Source: Pyrinomonadaceae bacterium (lineage in GTDB: Bacteria; Acidobacteriota; Blastocatellia; Pyrinomonadales; Pyrinomonadaceae). From it: a stretch of DNA of 26,930 nucleotides. The stretch covers positions 1 to 26,930 of the forward strand of contig DASXPW010000259.1 in the NCBI GenBank assembly GCA_036493385.1. Direction: 5' to 3'. The stretch's first letter is position 1, and each line of letters begins with the position of its first letter. Position numbers and translations under genes: made by a program. Below the pieces are notes generated by a model. The model did not search any database. It was not told the DNA's origin and saw only the letters and a program-made list of their open reading frames with translations. Positions 7,498-15,807 of the stretch are shown piece after piece.

Positions 7498-9351
7498 GTG
7501 AAACCTACTGATATTCAAGATCCAGAGTATTTCCACAAAGTCGTGGACTGTCAATATGCGTGTCCCTCGCACACGCCCGTCCCGGAATATATTCGACTGA
7601 TCGCTGAGGGCTTGTACACGGAAGCGTACATGATCAACTGGGATTCGAACGTATTTCCGGGGATCCTTGGCCGTACTTGCGACCGACCCTGTGAACCAGC
7701 ATGCCGGCGCGGCCGCGTCGAGGAAAAGCCCGTCGCCATCTGCCGCCTGAAGCGCGTTGCTGCGGACTATCGCGGTGATGTGAAGCCTCTGATGCCTCAA
7801 GGGCCGTTTGCGCCGAACGGAAAAAGGGTCGCGCTGATCGGCGCTGGGCCGGCGTCGCTGACAGTCGCTCGCGACCTGGCACCGCTTGGTTACGAACTCC
7901 ATCTTTACGATGATCAAAAGAAAGGCGGCGGCTTTATGCGCAGCCAGATTCCTGCATTCCGCCTTCCGGAATCGGTCCTGGATGAAGAGGTGAATTATAT
8001 TCTCGACCTCGGCATCCACACGACCTTTGACACCTACGTCGCGAGCCTCAAGGAGATTCTCGACAAAGACTACGACGCTGTCTTTGTCGGCACCGGTGCG
8101 CCGCGCGGTAAAGAATTGCAGATGCCCGGACGAGAAGAGGGCTCTGCAAACATCCATATCGGCATCAACTGGCTCGGAAGCGTAGCGTTCGAGCACATAA
8201 AGTCGATCGGAAAGACCGTGATCGTTCTCGGCGGCGGAAACACCGCAATGGACTGCTGCCGCACGGCGCGTCGGCTCGGCGGGGAAGACGTAAAGGTCAT
8301 CGTCCGCTCACCTTTTGCCACAATGAAGGCGTCACCGTGGGAGAAAGAAGATGCTCAGCATGAGGACATTCCGATCATCGACAACCACGTGCCCAAATCG
8401 TTCGTTGTTGAGGGCGGGCGGCTACGGGGCGTGATGTTCGAAAAGGTCGACGCCGTTTATGACGAGAGCGGCAAGCGCTCGCTCGTTCCGACAGGCGAGC
8501 CGGAGGTTTTCTACCCCGCCGACGACGTGTTGGTCGCTATCGGTCAGGAAAATGCATTTCCATGGATCGAGCGTGACCTCGGGATTGACTTTGACAAGTG
8601 GAACATGCCGGTGATCGACACGGTGACATTTCAATCGACTCATCCGAAAGTATTTTTTGGAGGTGATGCTGCGTTCGGCCCCGAGAACGTCATCACCGCT
8701 GTCGCTCATGGCCATCAGGCCGCGGTCTCGATCGACCTGCTGTGCAAGGACAAGTCGCTTGCGGATCGGCTGCCGCCGAATGTAAATCTTCACAGCCAGA
8801 AGATGGGCATCCACGAATGGGCGTATCACAGCGAGGTTGCCAACGATCCGCGTTACGTCGTGGCGCAGGCTGACAAATCGATCACGCTTAAGAACCGCAA
8901 ACAGGAGGTGGAACTCGGCTTCGACGAAGACGAGGGCTTTAAGGAAGCGCTCCGCTGTCTGAACTGCGATGTGCAGACCGTCTTTTCGGCTCCAAAATGC
9001 ATCGAATGTGACGCTTGTGTCGACATCTGCCCGACGAGCTGCATCACATTTACTGCCGATGGCGATGAGTCAGACCTGCGACAGCGGACAAAGGTACCGG
9101 CGCTTAATCTTACGCAGGACCTATACGTAGAAGATGGTCTCAAGACCGGCCGCGTGATGGTTAAGGATGAAGATGTCTGCCTCCACTGCGGCCTCTGCGC
9201 CGAGCGGTGCCCGACGGCCGCCTGGGACATGCAGCAATTCTGGTATAACGTTTTAAAGGCCGACCATAAGACTTACAACGCTGGTTCCACCGGAGCATTT
9301 GTGAAACTTACCCGCTCACCGCTAACCGCAGAGGAGCTTGTCACTTCCTGA
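7498..9351 (+). CDS. GltD-like FAD/NAD(P)H oxidoreductase with N-terminal Fe-S domain and C-terminal 2x[4Fe-4S] ferredoxin (KorC-like)
   Basis: CQYACP..CDRPCEPAC..ICRLKR Fe-S domain, IGAGPAS FAD motif, GGGNTAMDC nucleotide motif, C-terminal CIECDACVDICP and CLHCGLCAERCP. Its TGA overlaps the next ATG. Confidence 0.88.
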   Translation: MKPTDIQDPEYFHKVVDCQYACPSHTPVPEYIRLIAEGLYTEAYMINWDSNVFPGILGRTCDRPCEPACRRGRVEEKPVAICRLKRVAADYRGDVKPLMPQGPFAPNGKRVALIGAGPASLTVARDLAPLGYELHLYDDQKKGGGFMRSQIPAFRLPESVLDEEVNYILDLGIHTTFDTYVASLKEILDKDYDAVFVGTGAPRGKELQMPGREEGSANIHIGINWLGSVAFEHIKSIGKTVIVLGGGNTAMDCCRTARRLGGEDVKVIVRSPFATMKASPWEKEDAQHEDIPIIDNHVPKSFVVEGGRLRGVMFEKVDAVYDESGKRSLVPTGEPEVFYPADDVLVAIGQENAFPWIERDLGIDFDKWNMPVIDTVTFQSTHPKVFFGGDAAFGPENVITAVAHGHQAAVSIDLLCKDKSLADRLPPNVNLHSQKMGIHEWAYHSEVANDPRYVVAQADKSITLKNRKQEVELGFDEDEGFKEALRCLNCDVQTVFSAPKCIECDACVDICPTSCITFTADGDESDLRQRTKVPALNLTQDLYVEDGLKTGRVMVKDEDVCLHCGLCAERCPTAAWDMQQFWYNVLKADHKTYNAGSTGAFVKLTRSPLTAEELVTS

Positions 9352-11201
9352 TGAGCGACCAGACATCCGTTAGGACAAACGATTTTGTTGTCCGCTTCGC
9401 CAACGTGAATGGCACCGGTTCGGCCTCGGCCAACGCGCTGTTTACTAAGGCCGTGTTTCGGATGGGCGTTCCCGTCACGGCCAAGAACATTTTTCCGTCA
9501 AACATTCAGGGCCTGCCGACATGGTACGAGGTCCGCGTCAGCGAAAAAGGCTATCTTGGTCGTCGCGAAGGCATCGACCTGATGGTCTGTGTCAATCCGC
9601 AGAGCATGGCGAAGGATTATCACGATGTACGGTCCGGCGGATATTTTTTGTACGACAGCTCTAAACCGCTGCCGCCCGGTTACGAGCGGGACGATATCAC
9701 GCATCTCGGCGTTCCACTGATGGAGCTGTGCAACGCAGAATTTACTGATGCGCGGCAGCGGCAGCTTTTTAAGAATATTGTTTACATTGGCGCATTGGCC
9801 GTGCTATGCGACATCGAATATTCGGCGCTGGAGAAATTGATAGCCGACCAGTTCAAGGGCAAGGAAAAGCTGATCGAGCCGAATTATAAAGCGCTACAGC
9901 TGGGCATCAACTATATCCGTGACAATTTTGACCATCCTTTCGATCTGCGTCTTGAGCGGCGAGACCTTCTCGGCAGCAAGATCATGATGAACGGTAACGC
10001 CGCCTGCGCTCTTGGCGCGATCTATGGCGGGGCGACCGTCGCGGCCTGGTATCCGATCACGCCGTCGACTTCGGTTGTTGATGCATTCGCCAAATATTGT
10101 TCGCGGTATCGAGTTGACGCGGAAACGGGAAAAAATAATTTCGCCATTGTTCAGGCGGAGGACGAGTTGGCCGCGATCGGTATGGTCATTGGTGCTTGCT
10201 GGAACGGCGCCCGCGCATTTACAGCAACGAGCGGGCCAGGCGTGTCACTAATGAACGAGTTTCTGGGTCTCGCCTATTTTTCTGAGATACCGACCGTTCT
10301 GATCGATGTCGAGCGCACCGGCCCTTCGACCGGAATGCCGACACGGACCCAACAATCAGATATTTTCGAAGCTGCCTACGCTTCACACGGCGATACCAAA
10401 CATCCTCTGTTGTTGCCTTCGACGCCTAATGAGTGTTTTGAGATGACCGCGCTTGCCTTCGATATAACAGAGCGACTGCAGACGCCGGTCATTGTCATGT
10501 CAGACCTCGACCTCGGCATGAACGATCATATTTCTGAACCGCTCAAATGGGACGACAGCCGAAAATTTGATCGAGGCAAGGTTTTGGACGCCGCGGCCCT
10601 GAATCGCAACGGCCGATTTGCCCGTTATAAAGATGTCGATGGCGACGGCGTTCCATATAGAACGATTCCCGCGACCGATCTCACACACGGTGCATTCACC
10701 ACGCGTGGCTCGTCACATGACGAATACGCCCGATATACCGAAGACAGTGCAGAATACAAAAAGAATGTCGACCGGCTGCTGAAAAAGTGGGAAACCGCAA
10801 AATCGCTTGTCCCCGCACCCGAGTTTTTTGAGGCCGGCAGTCGTGCCGGCAACCCGCACGTAAGTAAGTGCTCAACCCTGGGTGTCGTCTTTTTTGGGAC
10901 ATCGACATATTCCTCGGAAGAGGCCCTTGAGCTGCTCGAGCAAGATGGGATCAAGCTCGATGCGATGCGTGTTCGCGGTTTTCCGTTTAACGATTCGGTC
11001 GCTGAATTTATGAACTCGCACGAAAAGATATTCGTCATCGAGCAAAACCGCGACGCCCAATTCCGCAGCCTGATGCTGATCGAGCTCGACGCCGATCCAA
11101 AAAAACTGATCAAAGTCTTAAACTACGACGGTACGCCGATAACGGCTGACAATATTTTTAGACAGGTTTCAAATCATTTGCGGAAAGGCGATAATGCGTA
11201 G
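9351..11201 (+). CDS. korA: 2-oxoacid:acceptor oxidoreductase alpha subunit (fused gamma-alpha type)
   Basis: N-terminal gamma-like domain (ANVNGTGSASAN), YPITPST, QAEDELAAIG, ATSGPGVSLM and GPSTGMPTRTQQSD. The actual 2-oxoacid substrate cannot be read from the sequence. Confidence 0.9.
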   Translation: MSDQTSVRTNDFVVRFANVNGTGSASANALFTKAVFRMGVPVTAKNIFPSNIQGLPTWYEVRVSEKGYLGRREGIDLMVCVNPQSMAKDYHDVRSGGYFLYDSSKPLPPGYERDDITHLGVPLMELCNAEFTDARQRQLFKNIVYIGALAVLCDIEYSALEKLIADQFKGKEKLIEPNYKALQLGINYIRDNFDHPFDLRLERRDLLGSKIMMNGNAACALGAIYGGATVAAWYPITPSTSVVDAFAKYCSRYRVDAETGKNNFAIVQAEDELAAIGMVIGACWNGARAFTATSGPGVSLMNEFLGLAYFSEIPTVLIDVERTGPSTGMPTRTQQSDIFEAAYASHGDTKHPLLLPSTPNECFEMTALAFDITERLQTPVIVMSDLDLGMNDHISEPLKWDDSRKFDRGKVLDAAALNRNGRFARYKDVDGDGVPYRTIPATDLTHGAFTTRGSSHDEYARYTEDSAEYKKNVDRLLKKWETAKSLVPAPEFFEAGSRAGNPHVSKCSTLGVVFFGTSTYSSEEALELLEQDGIKLDAMRVRGFPFNDSVAEFMNSHEKIFVIEQNRDAQFRSLMLIELDADPKKLIKVLNYDGTPITADNIFRQVSNHLRKGDNA

Positions 11202-11210
11202 GAGCGAGAT

Positions 11211-11429
11211 ATGTCGGTTGTAACGGAAATTGAAAGGCAAGCGTTGAGCCTCCCCGACCAGGACAGGGCGAAGCTCGCGGATAGATTGATCGCCTCGCTG
11301 CCACCGGATTTTGTTGACGAGGCAGGACTGGAAGACGCTCGTCGTCGCAGTCGCGAGATGGACGAAGACCCGTCAAGCGTTCTAACTCATGAGGAATTCT
11401 TTAAGTTCTTTAAAGATCGTCGCGGGTGA
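11211..11429 (+). CDS. Putative addiction-module antitoxin (PF09720/TIGR02574-like)
   Basis: 72 aa, IERQALSLPDQDRAKLADRLIASL...ARRRSREM pattern. GTGA overlap with the downstream toxin gene. Confidence 0.8.
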   Translation: MSVVTEIERQALSLPDQDRAKLADRLIASLPPDFVDEAGLEDARRRSREMDEDPSSVLTHEEFFKFFKDRRG

Positions 11430-11722
11430 GGAGGATCAGATATCACGTCGAAGCTCGTTTCGACGTTCTCGAGATCGTGGACTATTACGAAGAGCGGGAA
11501 GGCCCAGAGCTCGCTGACGAATTTACTTCTGAGCTTGAGACTTTTATCGAGAGGATAGCCGAACGACCTCTCTCGTATCGTGAGTCCGAAATCGGGATTC
11601 GAAGAGCTAATCTCGACCGGTTTCCACATCATGTCCTGTTTGAGATCGTAGATGACGAAACGATAAAGATCGTTGCTGTAAAGCATAACCGACGGCGTCC
11701 ATCTCTTGGCTTAGATCGATAA
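11426..11722 (+). CDS. RelE/ParE-family toxin
   Basis: 98 aa: YHVEARFDVLEIVDYYEE...LADEF...IERIAERP...IRRANLDRFPHHVLFEI...IVAVKHNRRRP. Confidence 0.85.
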   Translation: MRRIRYHVEARFDVLEIVDYYEEREGPELADEFTSELETFIERIAERPLSYRESEIGIRRANLDRFPHHVLFEIVDDETIKIVAVKHNRRRPSLGLDR

Positions 11723-11740
11723 ATAGTTCTCTCTCTTCTT

Positions 11741-12793
11741 ATGACCTACGTCCGTTCCAAATTCCGCCACCCGGCTCTTCCTAAAAATGCCTTAGGCTTT
11801 ACGGTCGACTATTACGAAGGCACGCTTTCGACGCTTTGCGCCGGCTGTGGGCATGACTCGATCAGCGCGGCAATCGTTGAGGCTTGCTGGCAGATGGATA
11901 TCGAGCCGCACAAGGTGGCAAAGCTCTCGGGCATCGGCTGCTCGTCAAAAACGCCCGCCTATTTTCTTTCCAATTCGCACGGTTTTAATTCCGTCCACGG
12001 CCGGATGCCATCTGTCGCGACGGGAGCCAATCTTGCCAATCGCGATCTCATCTACTTTGGTGTCTCGGGCGATGGCGACACAGCCTCGATCGGGATGGGA
12101 CAGTTCGTTCACGTCATCCGTCGAAACCTGAATATGGTTTATTTGGTGATGAACAACGGCTGTTACGGTCTGACAAAAGGTCAGGACTCTGCAACGGCCG
12201 ACGCCGGTTCAAAGAATAAGTCGGGTTCGGTAAATCCGTTTGAGTCGATCGATCTCGCGAGTCTTGCTCTTGAGCTCGGCGCCACATTTGTCGCACAAAG
12301 CTTCTCCGGCGACAAGGAACAACTCATTCCCCTGATGAAAGCTGCGATGAAGCATCCCGGGTTTGCTTTTATTAACGTAATTTCTCCCTGTGTTACCTTC
12401 AACAATAATGTCGGCTCGACCAAATCCTACGACTACGTCCGTGAGCACATGGAGTTGACGGCGACCGTCGATTTCGTTCCCGTAATGCATGAGATAACCG
12501 CTAGCTATAAGGAGGGTTCGGTTCAAACCGTTCGGATGCATGACGGAACGCTGCTGCGCCTCCGAAAGATCGAAGAGGATTGGGACCCACTCGATAGGAT
12601 GTCTGCTATGGTAGCCGTTCAGCACGCGAAAGAGAAAGGAGAGATCCTTACCGGCCTGCTTTATATGAAGCCCGAGACAAGCGACCTTCACGAGATCCTT
12701 CACACCACGGACAGGCCGCTAAATACGTTGAGCGAGGCCGAGCTTTGCCCAGGGTCAGCCAGTCTGGACAAGTTCAACGGGGCCCTTCGATAG
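11741..12793 (+). CDS. korB: 2-oxoacid:ferredoxin oxidoreductase beta subunit (TPP-binding)
   Basis: LCAGCGH, SGIGCSSK, HGRMPSVATG, TPP motif SGDGD...MNNGCYGLTKGQ, and ISPCVTFN. Confidence 0.92.
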   Translation: MTYVRSKFRHPALPKNALGFTVDYYEGTLSTLCAGCGHDSISAAIVEACWQMDIEPHKVAKLSGIGCSSKTPAYFLSNSHGFNSVHGRMPSVATGANLANRDLIYFGVSGDGDTASIGMGQFVHVIRRNLNMVYLVMNNGCYGLTKGQDSATADAGSKNKSGSVNPFESIDLASLALELGATFVAQSFSGDKEQLIPLMKAAMKHPGFAFINVISPCVTFNNNVGSTKSYDYVREHMELTATVDFVPVMHEITASYKEGSVQTVRMHDGTLLRLRKIEEDWDPLDRMSAMVAVQHAKEKGEILTGLLYMKPETSDLHEILHTTDRPLNTLSEAELCPGSASLDKFNGALR

Positions 12794-12797
12794 ATGG

Positions 12798-13961
12798 TCA
12801 GTTGTTTACTTCGGAATCACTCGCCCGGTTTCGCTTAAATACGTACTCGTGTTTGGCGCGCACCACCACGTTCGGGTGCTGCAATACCTGGATCTTGATG
12901 CTTCGGTGCTCACCGGGCGCGCCGGGTTTTTCAGGATAATAACCGATCGAATACTGTCGCCTTAGCTCCTCAGCAATGCCGGCAAAGGCAGTGTCCATGT
13001 TGGTAGTTGAATCAGCTTCGAAGATTCGGCCGCCTGTCTTATCAGCTAGTCCCGAAAGGTACATGCGTCCGCGTTCGTATTCAGACGCGCTCTGACCGCG
13101 ACCGGCCCGAATGATCGCGCCCTGCGGGATCTGAACTCCGGGATAATCCTTTAGCAATTTTGACAGATCAACGGCTTGCGGAGCGCCGCTTCCATTGGCC
13201 GTCTGCTGGGTGTCATAGCGGACCGGATAGATCAGCGCATCGAGCTCTTCCGCATCCGTTAATGTGCTCTCGAGCGAGGCGACCCGCGAGGTTGTGTCAA
13301 CACCGTCCGTAAAAATTACGATGGCCTTTCTGCCCGTTATCTTGATCTGTTCGAGCTGCGAAACGGCGCTCACGGCGTCGTATAGGCTGGTGCCGCTGCC
13401 GAATTGTGCCTTATAAATTGCCGCGAAAAGCGTTTTCCTGTCCGAGGTCGGCTCCGGGGTATAAAGCCGCACACGCGAGTCGAAACACACGACCATCACC
13501 TTGTCATTTGGCCGCAACTGGTCCAGAAACCGAACAGCGGCATAGTGAATGTCATCGATCTTATATCTCGTTGAAGGGCTGACATCGATCATCAGAACTA
13601 CCGTAAATGGCTGCTCTTCGGATTGAAAGTAAGTGACCTTTTGCGCAACTCCGTTTTCAAAGATCTTGAAGTCCTGCTTTCGGAGACCTGCGATAAATCG
13701 GCCGCTGCGGTCGAGGACCGAAACGGGCGTAGTTACGAGGTCCGTATCGACCTTGATGATGTCGTCGTCGTTTCCGTTCAGCGATTTGGTCTTCGTCGCG
13801 GGTTCATTCGGGTCTTTGAGCGCGGGTGGTTGGTCCGTTGCCTTTGTGTCGCCCTTCAGCACAGGCGGCGTCGGCGTTGGTTGGGCCGAACCATCTTTCT
13901 GGGCCGCCGCGCCGATCGCTAAAAGCGCGAGGAATATAAAAGAATAAATGTTTCGTAGCAT
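12798..13961 (-). CDS. Secreted VWA-domain protein (Acidobacteria VWFA-related type)
   Basis: Signal peptide, Pro/Thr-rich linker, IKVDTDLVTTPVSV..GRFIAGL...FKIFENG, MIDAS DVSPS, GTSLYDA, FTDGVD, TGGR, ELRRQYSIGYYP. GGAGGG SD on the minus strand. Confidence 0.88.
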   Translation of the reverse strand: MLRNIYSFIFLALLAIGAAAQKDGSAQPTPTPPVLKGDTKATDQPPALKDPNEPATKTKSLNGNDDDIIKVDTDLVTTPVSVLDRSGRFIAGLRKQDFKIFENGVAQKVTYFQSEEQPFTVVLMIDVSPSTRYKIDDIHYAAVRFLDQLRPNDKVMVVCFDSRVRLYTPEPTSDRKTLFAAIYKAQFGSGTSLYDAVSAVSQLEQIKITGRKAIVIFTDGVDTTSRVASLESTLTDAEELDALIYPVRYDTQQTANGSGAPQAVDLSKLLKDYPGVQIPQGAIIRAGRGQSASEYERGRMYLSGLADKTGGRIFEADSTTNMDTAFAGIAEELRRQYSIGYYPEKPGAPGEHRSIKIQVLQHPNVVVRAKHEYVFKRNRASDSEVNN

Positions 13962-14207
13962 TATTGGTCTTCCCTCCGAGTCAGCCCTTTTATCTATAAA
14001 GCGAGCGCGCCAGAAATTGCGACAACACCTGACGTGAATTGAGATGACGACAGTCCCGACATAACTGAATGACGTACCCTGCAGGCTACCGGTTACATAA
14101 ACTCCTGATCAGATGCTAGCGCTTACCGCTCGTTCTGCCCGTAAAAACCCGCCGCTAGCCCAAGCCAACGCGATACGCTAAACTTTCCTTTTGCGCTTCA
14201 CCTGTCT

Positions 14208-15806
14208 ATGAACTTCGGCTTCGTTATCGACAATCGGAAATGCATAGGCTGTCACGCCTGCACCGTTGCCTGCAAGGCCGAGCATGAAGTCCCCGTCGGC
14301 GTTAACCGCACTTGGGTCAAGTATATCGAAAAGGGAACCTTTCCCGACACGCGGCGCTTGTTTTCCGTGATGCGGTGTAATCATTGTGCCGACGCTCCAT
14401 GCGTCGAGATCTGTCCGGTCACGGCACTCTTTACCCGCAAGGACGGGATCGTCGACTTCGACAATCGGCGCTGCATCGGCTGCAAATCCTGCACGCAGGC
14501 GTGTCCGTACGACGCGCTTTACATGGAGCCTGAGACTGAGACCGCTGCGAAATGCAATTACTGTACGCACCGCGTCGATATCGGCCTCGAACCAGCCTGC
14601 GTAAATGTTTGCCCTGAACATGCCATTGTCTCTGGCGATATGGACAACCCGAATACCGAGATCTCGCGGCTGCTCGCCCGCGAAACCGTCTCGGTCCGCA
14701 AACCTGAAAAGGGAACCAGACCAAAACTTTTCTATATCGACGGCGACCGCGCATCGCTCGACCCGACGGCGGCCAATCCAGACACCGATTACATGTGGTC
14801 AAGTCAGTCATCCGGCGTCGGTCACTTCGCTGGTCGGAACGCGGACGCCCTCGTCCGCATCGAGCGAAGCGAGAGAATATCCGCCGAATCCGAAGAGGCC
14901 GGCCATTTTCGCCGCGCGGCGGCGTTGCGGACAGGAGTGTCCGCGATCCAGCCGCGTCGTGTCTACGACGCCCCATCGAAAGGCGTCCTTTGGGGATGGG
15001 AAGTTTCTGCGTATGTCTGGACGAAGGCTATTGCCGCAGGCGCATTTCTGGTTCCGGTGATCGGCGGCTATTTCGTGGACCTGTCGTACCAAATGAAACA
15101 GTTCGGCGCGTGGGTAGCAGTCATTTTTCTCGCGATAACCGGCATTTTACTGATCAAGGATCTCGGCCGGCCCGACAGGTTCCTATATGTATTGCTGAGG
15201 CCGCAATGGCGATCATGGCTGACCCGCGGCGCGTACGTGATCACGATTTACGGCGCTCTGCTCACTGTTTGGATCGTCGCAAATTATCTCGCTCGCGACA
15301 CGCTGCTCGCTTACATCGAGCCGGTCGGTATTGTTTTCGCATTGCTGTCCGCGGTCTATACAGCGTTTCTGTTTGCACAGGCGAAAGGCCGCGACTTTTG
15401 GCAGAGCCCCGTGCTCGGCCTGCATATGATCATCCATTCGTTGATGGCGGGCTTCGCAGTGTACTTGATCGGCGATCTATGGTTAAAGCCGAATCTGGGG
15501 ATCGGTATCGTATTCGGTTTTTTGACCTCGGCGATGATAGTGATCAACCTGATCACTCATGTCGTTGAGCTTTCGACAACGCACGCGACCGAAGATGCTC
15601 ACAAGACCGTCTCGATGATCACGCGGGGCAGATTTAGCTATCAATTCTGGCTCGGAGTGATTCTGGCCGGGAATCTTGTTCCGCTTCTACTGCTCATGAT
15701 AGGCCAGTCAGGCAGCGCGGCGATTTCGGGCCTGCTGATACTGATAGGTCTGTTTGTCGGTGAGCGGATCTGGGTCCGCGCGCCGCAGTTGATTCCGTTG
15801 AGCTAA
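14208..15806 (+). CDS. 4x[4Fe-4S] electron-transfer subunit fused to an NrfD/PsrC-type membrane anchor
   Basis: CIGCHACTVAC, CNHCADAPCVEICP, CIGCKSCTQACP and KCNYC..PACVNVCP, then WGWEVSAYVWTKAIAAG and about 8 TM helices including DLGRPDRF. Confidence 0.9.
   Translation: MNFGFVIDNRKCIGCHACTVACKAEHEVPVGVNRTWVKYIEKGTFPDTRRLFSVMRCNHCADAPCVEICPVTALFTRKDGIVDFDNRRCIGCKSCTQACPYDALYMEPETETAAKCNYCTHRVDIGLEPACVNVCPEHAIVSGDMDNPNTEISRLLARETVSVRKPEKGTRPKLFYIDGDRASLDPTAANPDTDYMWSSQSSGVGHFAGRNADALVRIERSERISAESEEAGHFRRAAALRTGVSAIQPRRVYDAPSKGVLWGWEVSAYVWTKAIAAGAFLVPVIGGYFVDLSYQMKQFGAWVAVIFLAITGILLIKDLGRPDRFLYVLLRPQWRSWLTRGAYVITIYGALLTVWIVANYLARDTLLAYIEPVGIVFALLSAVYTAFLFAQAKGRDFWQSPVLGLHMIIHSLMAGFAVYLIGDLWLKPNLGIGIVFGFLTSAMIVINLITHVVELSTTHATEDAHKTVSMITRGRFSYQFWLGVILAGNLVPLLLLMIGQSGSAAISGLLILIGLFVGERIWVRAPQLIPLS
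14836..14949. repeat. REP/BIME-like inverted pair of palindromes inside the coding linker
   Basis: GGAACGCGGACGCCCTCGTCCGCA (14836-14859) and TGCGGACAGGAGTGTCCGCGATCC (14926-14949) are inverted copies (19/24). Each is a GCGGAC-N6-GTCCGC hairpin. The span is 114 bp, or 38 codons. Confidence 0.75.
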
Positions 15807-15807
15807 T

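Noticed and set aside
13962-14207. Moco riboswitch, ModE site or degenerate REP (14115-14139) upstream of the Mo operon
   Set aside because: No convincing consensus match. The REP resemblance is only a short GTTCTG end and rests on memory.
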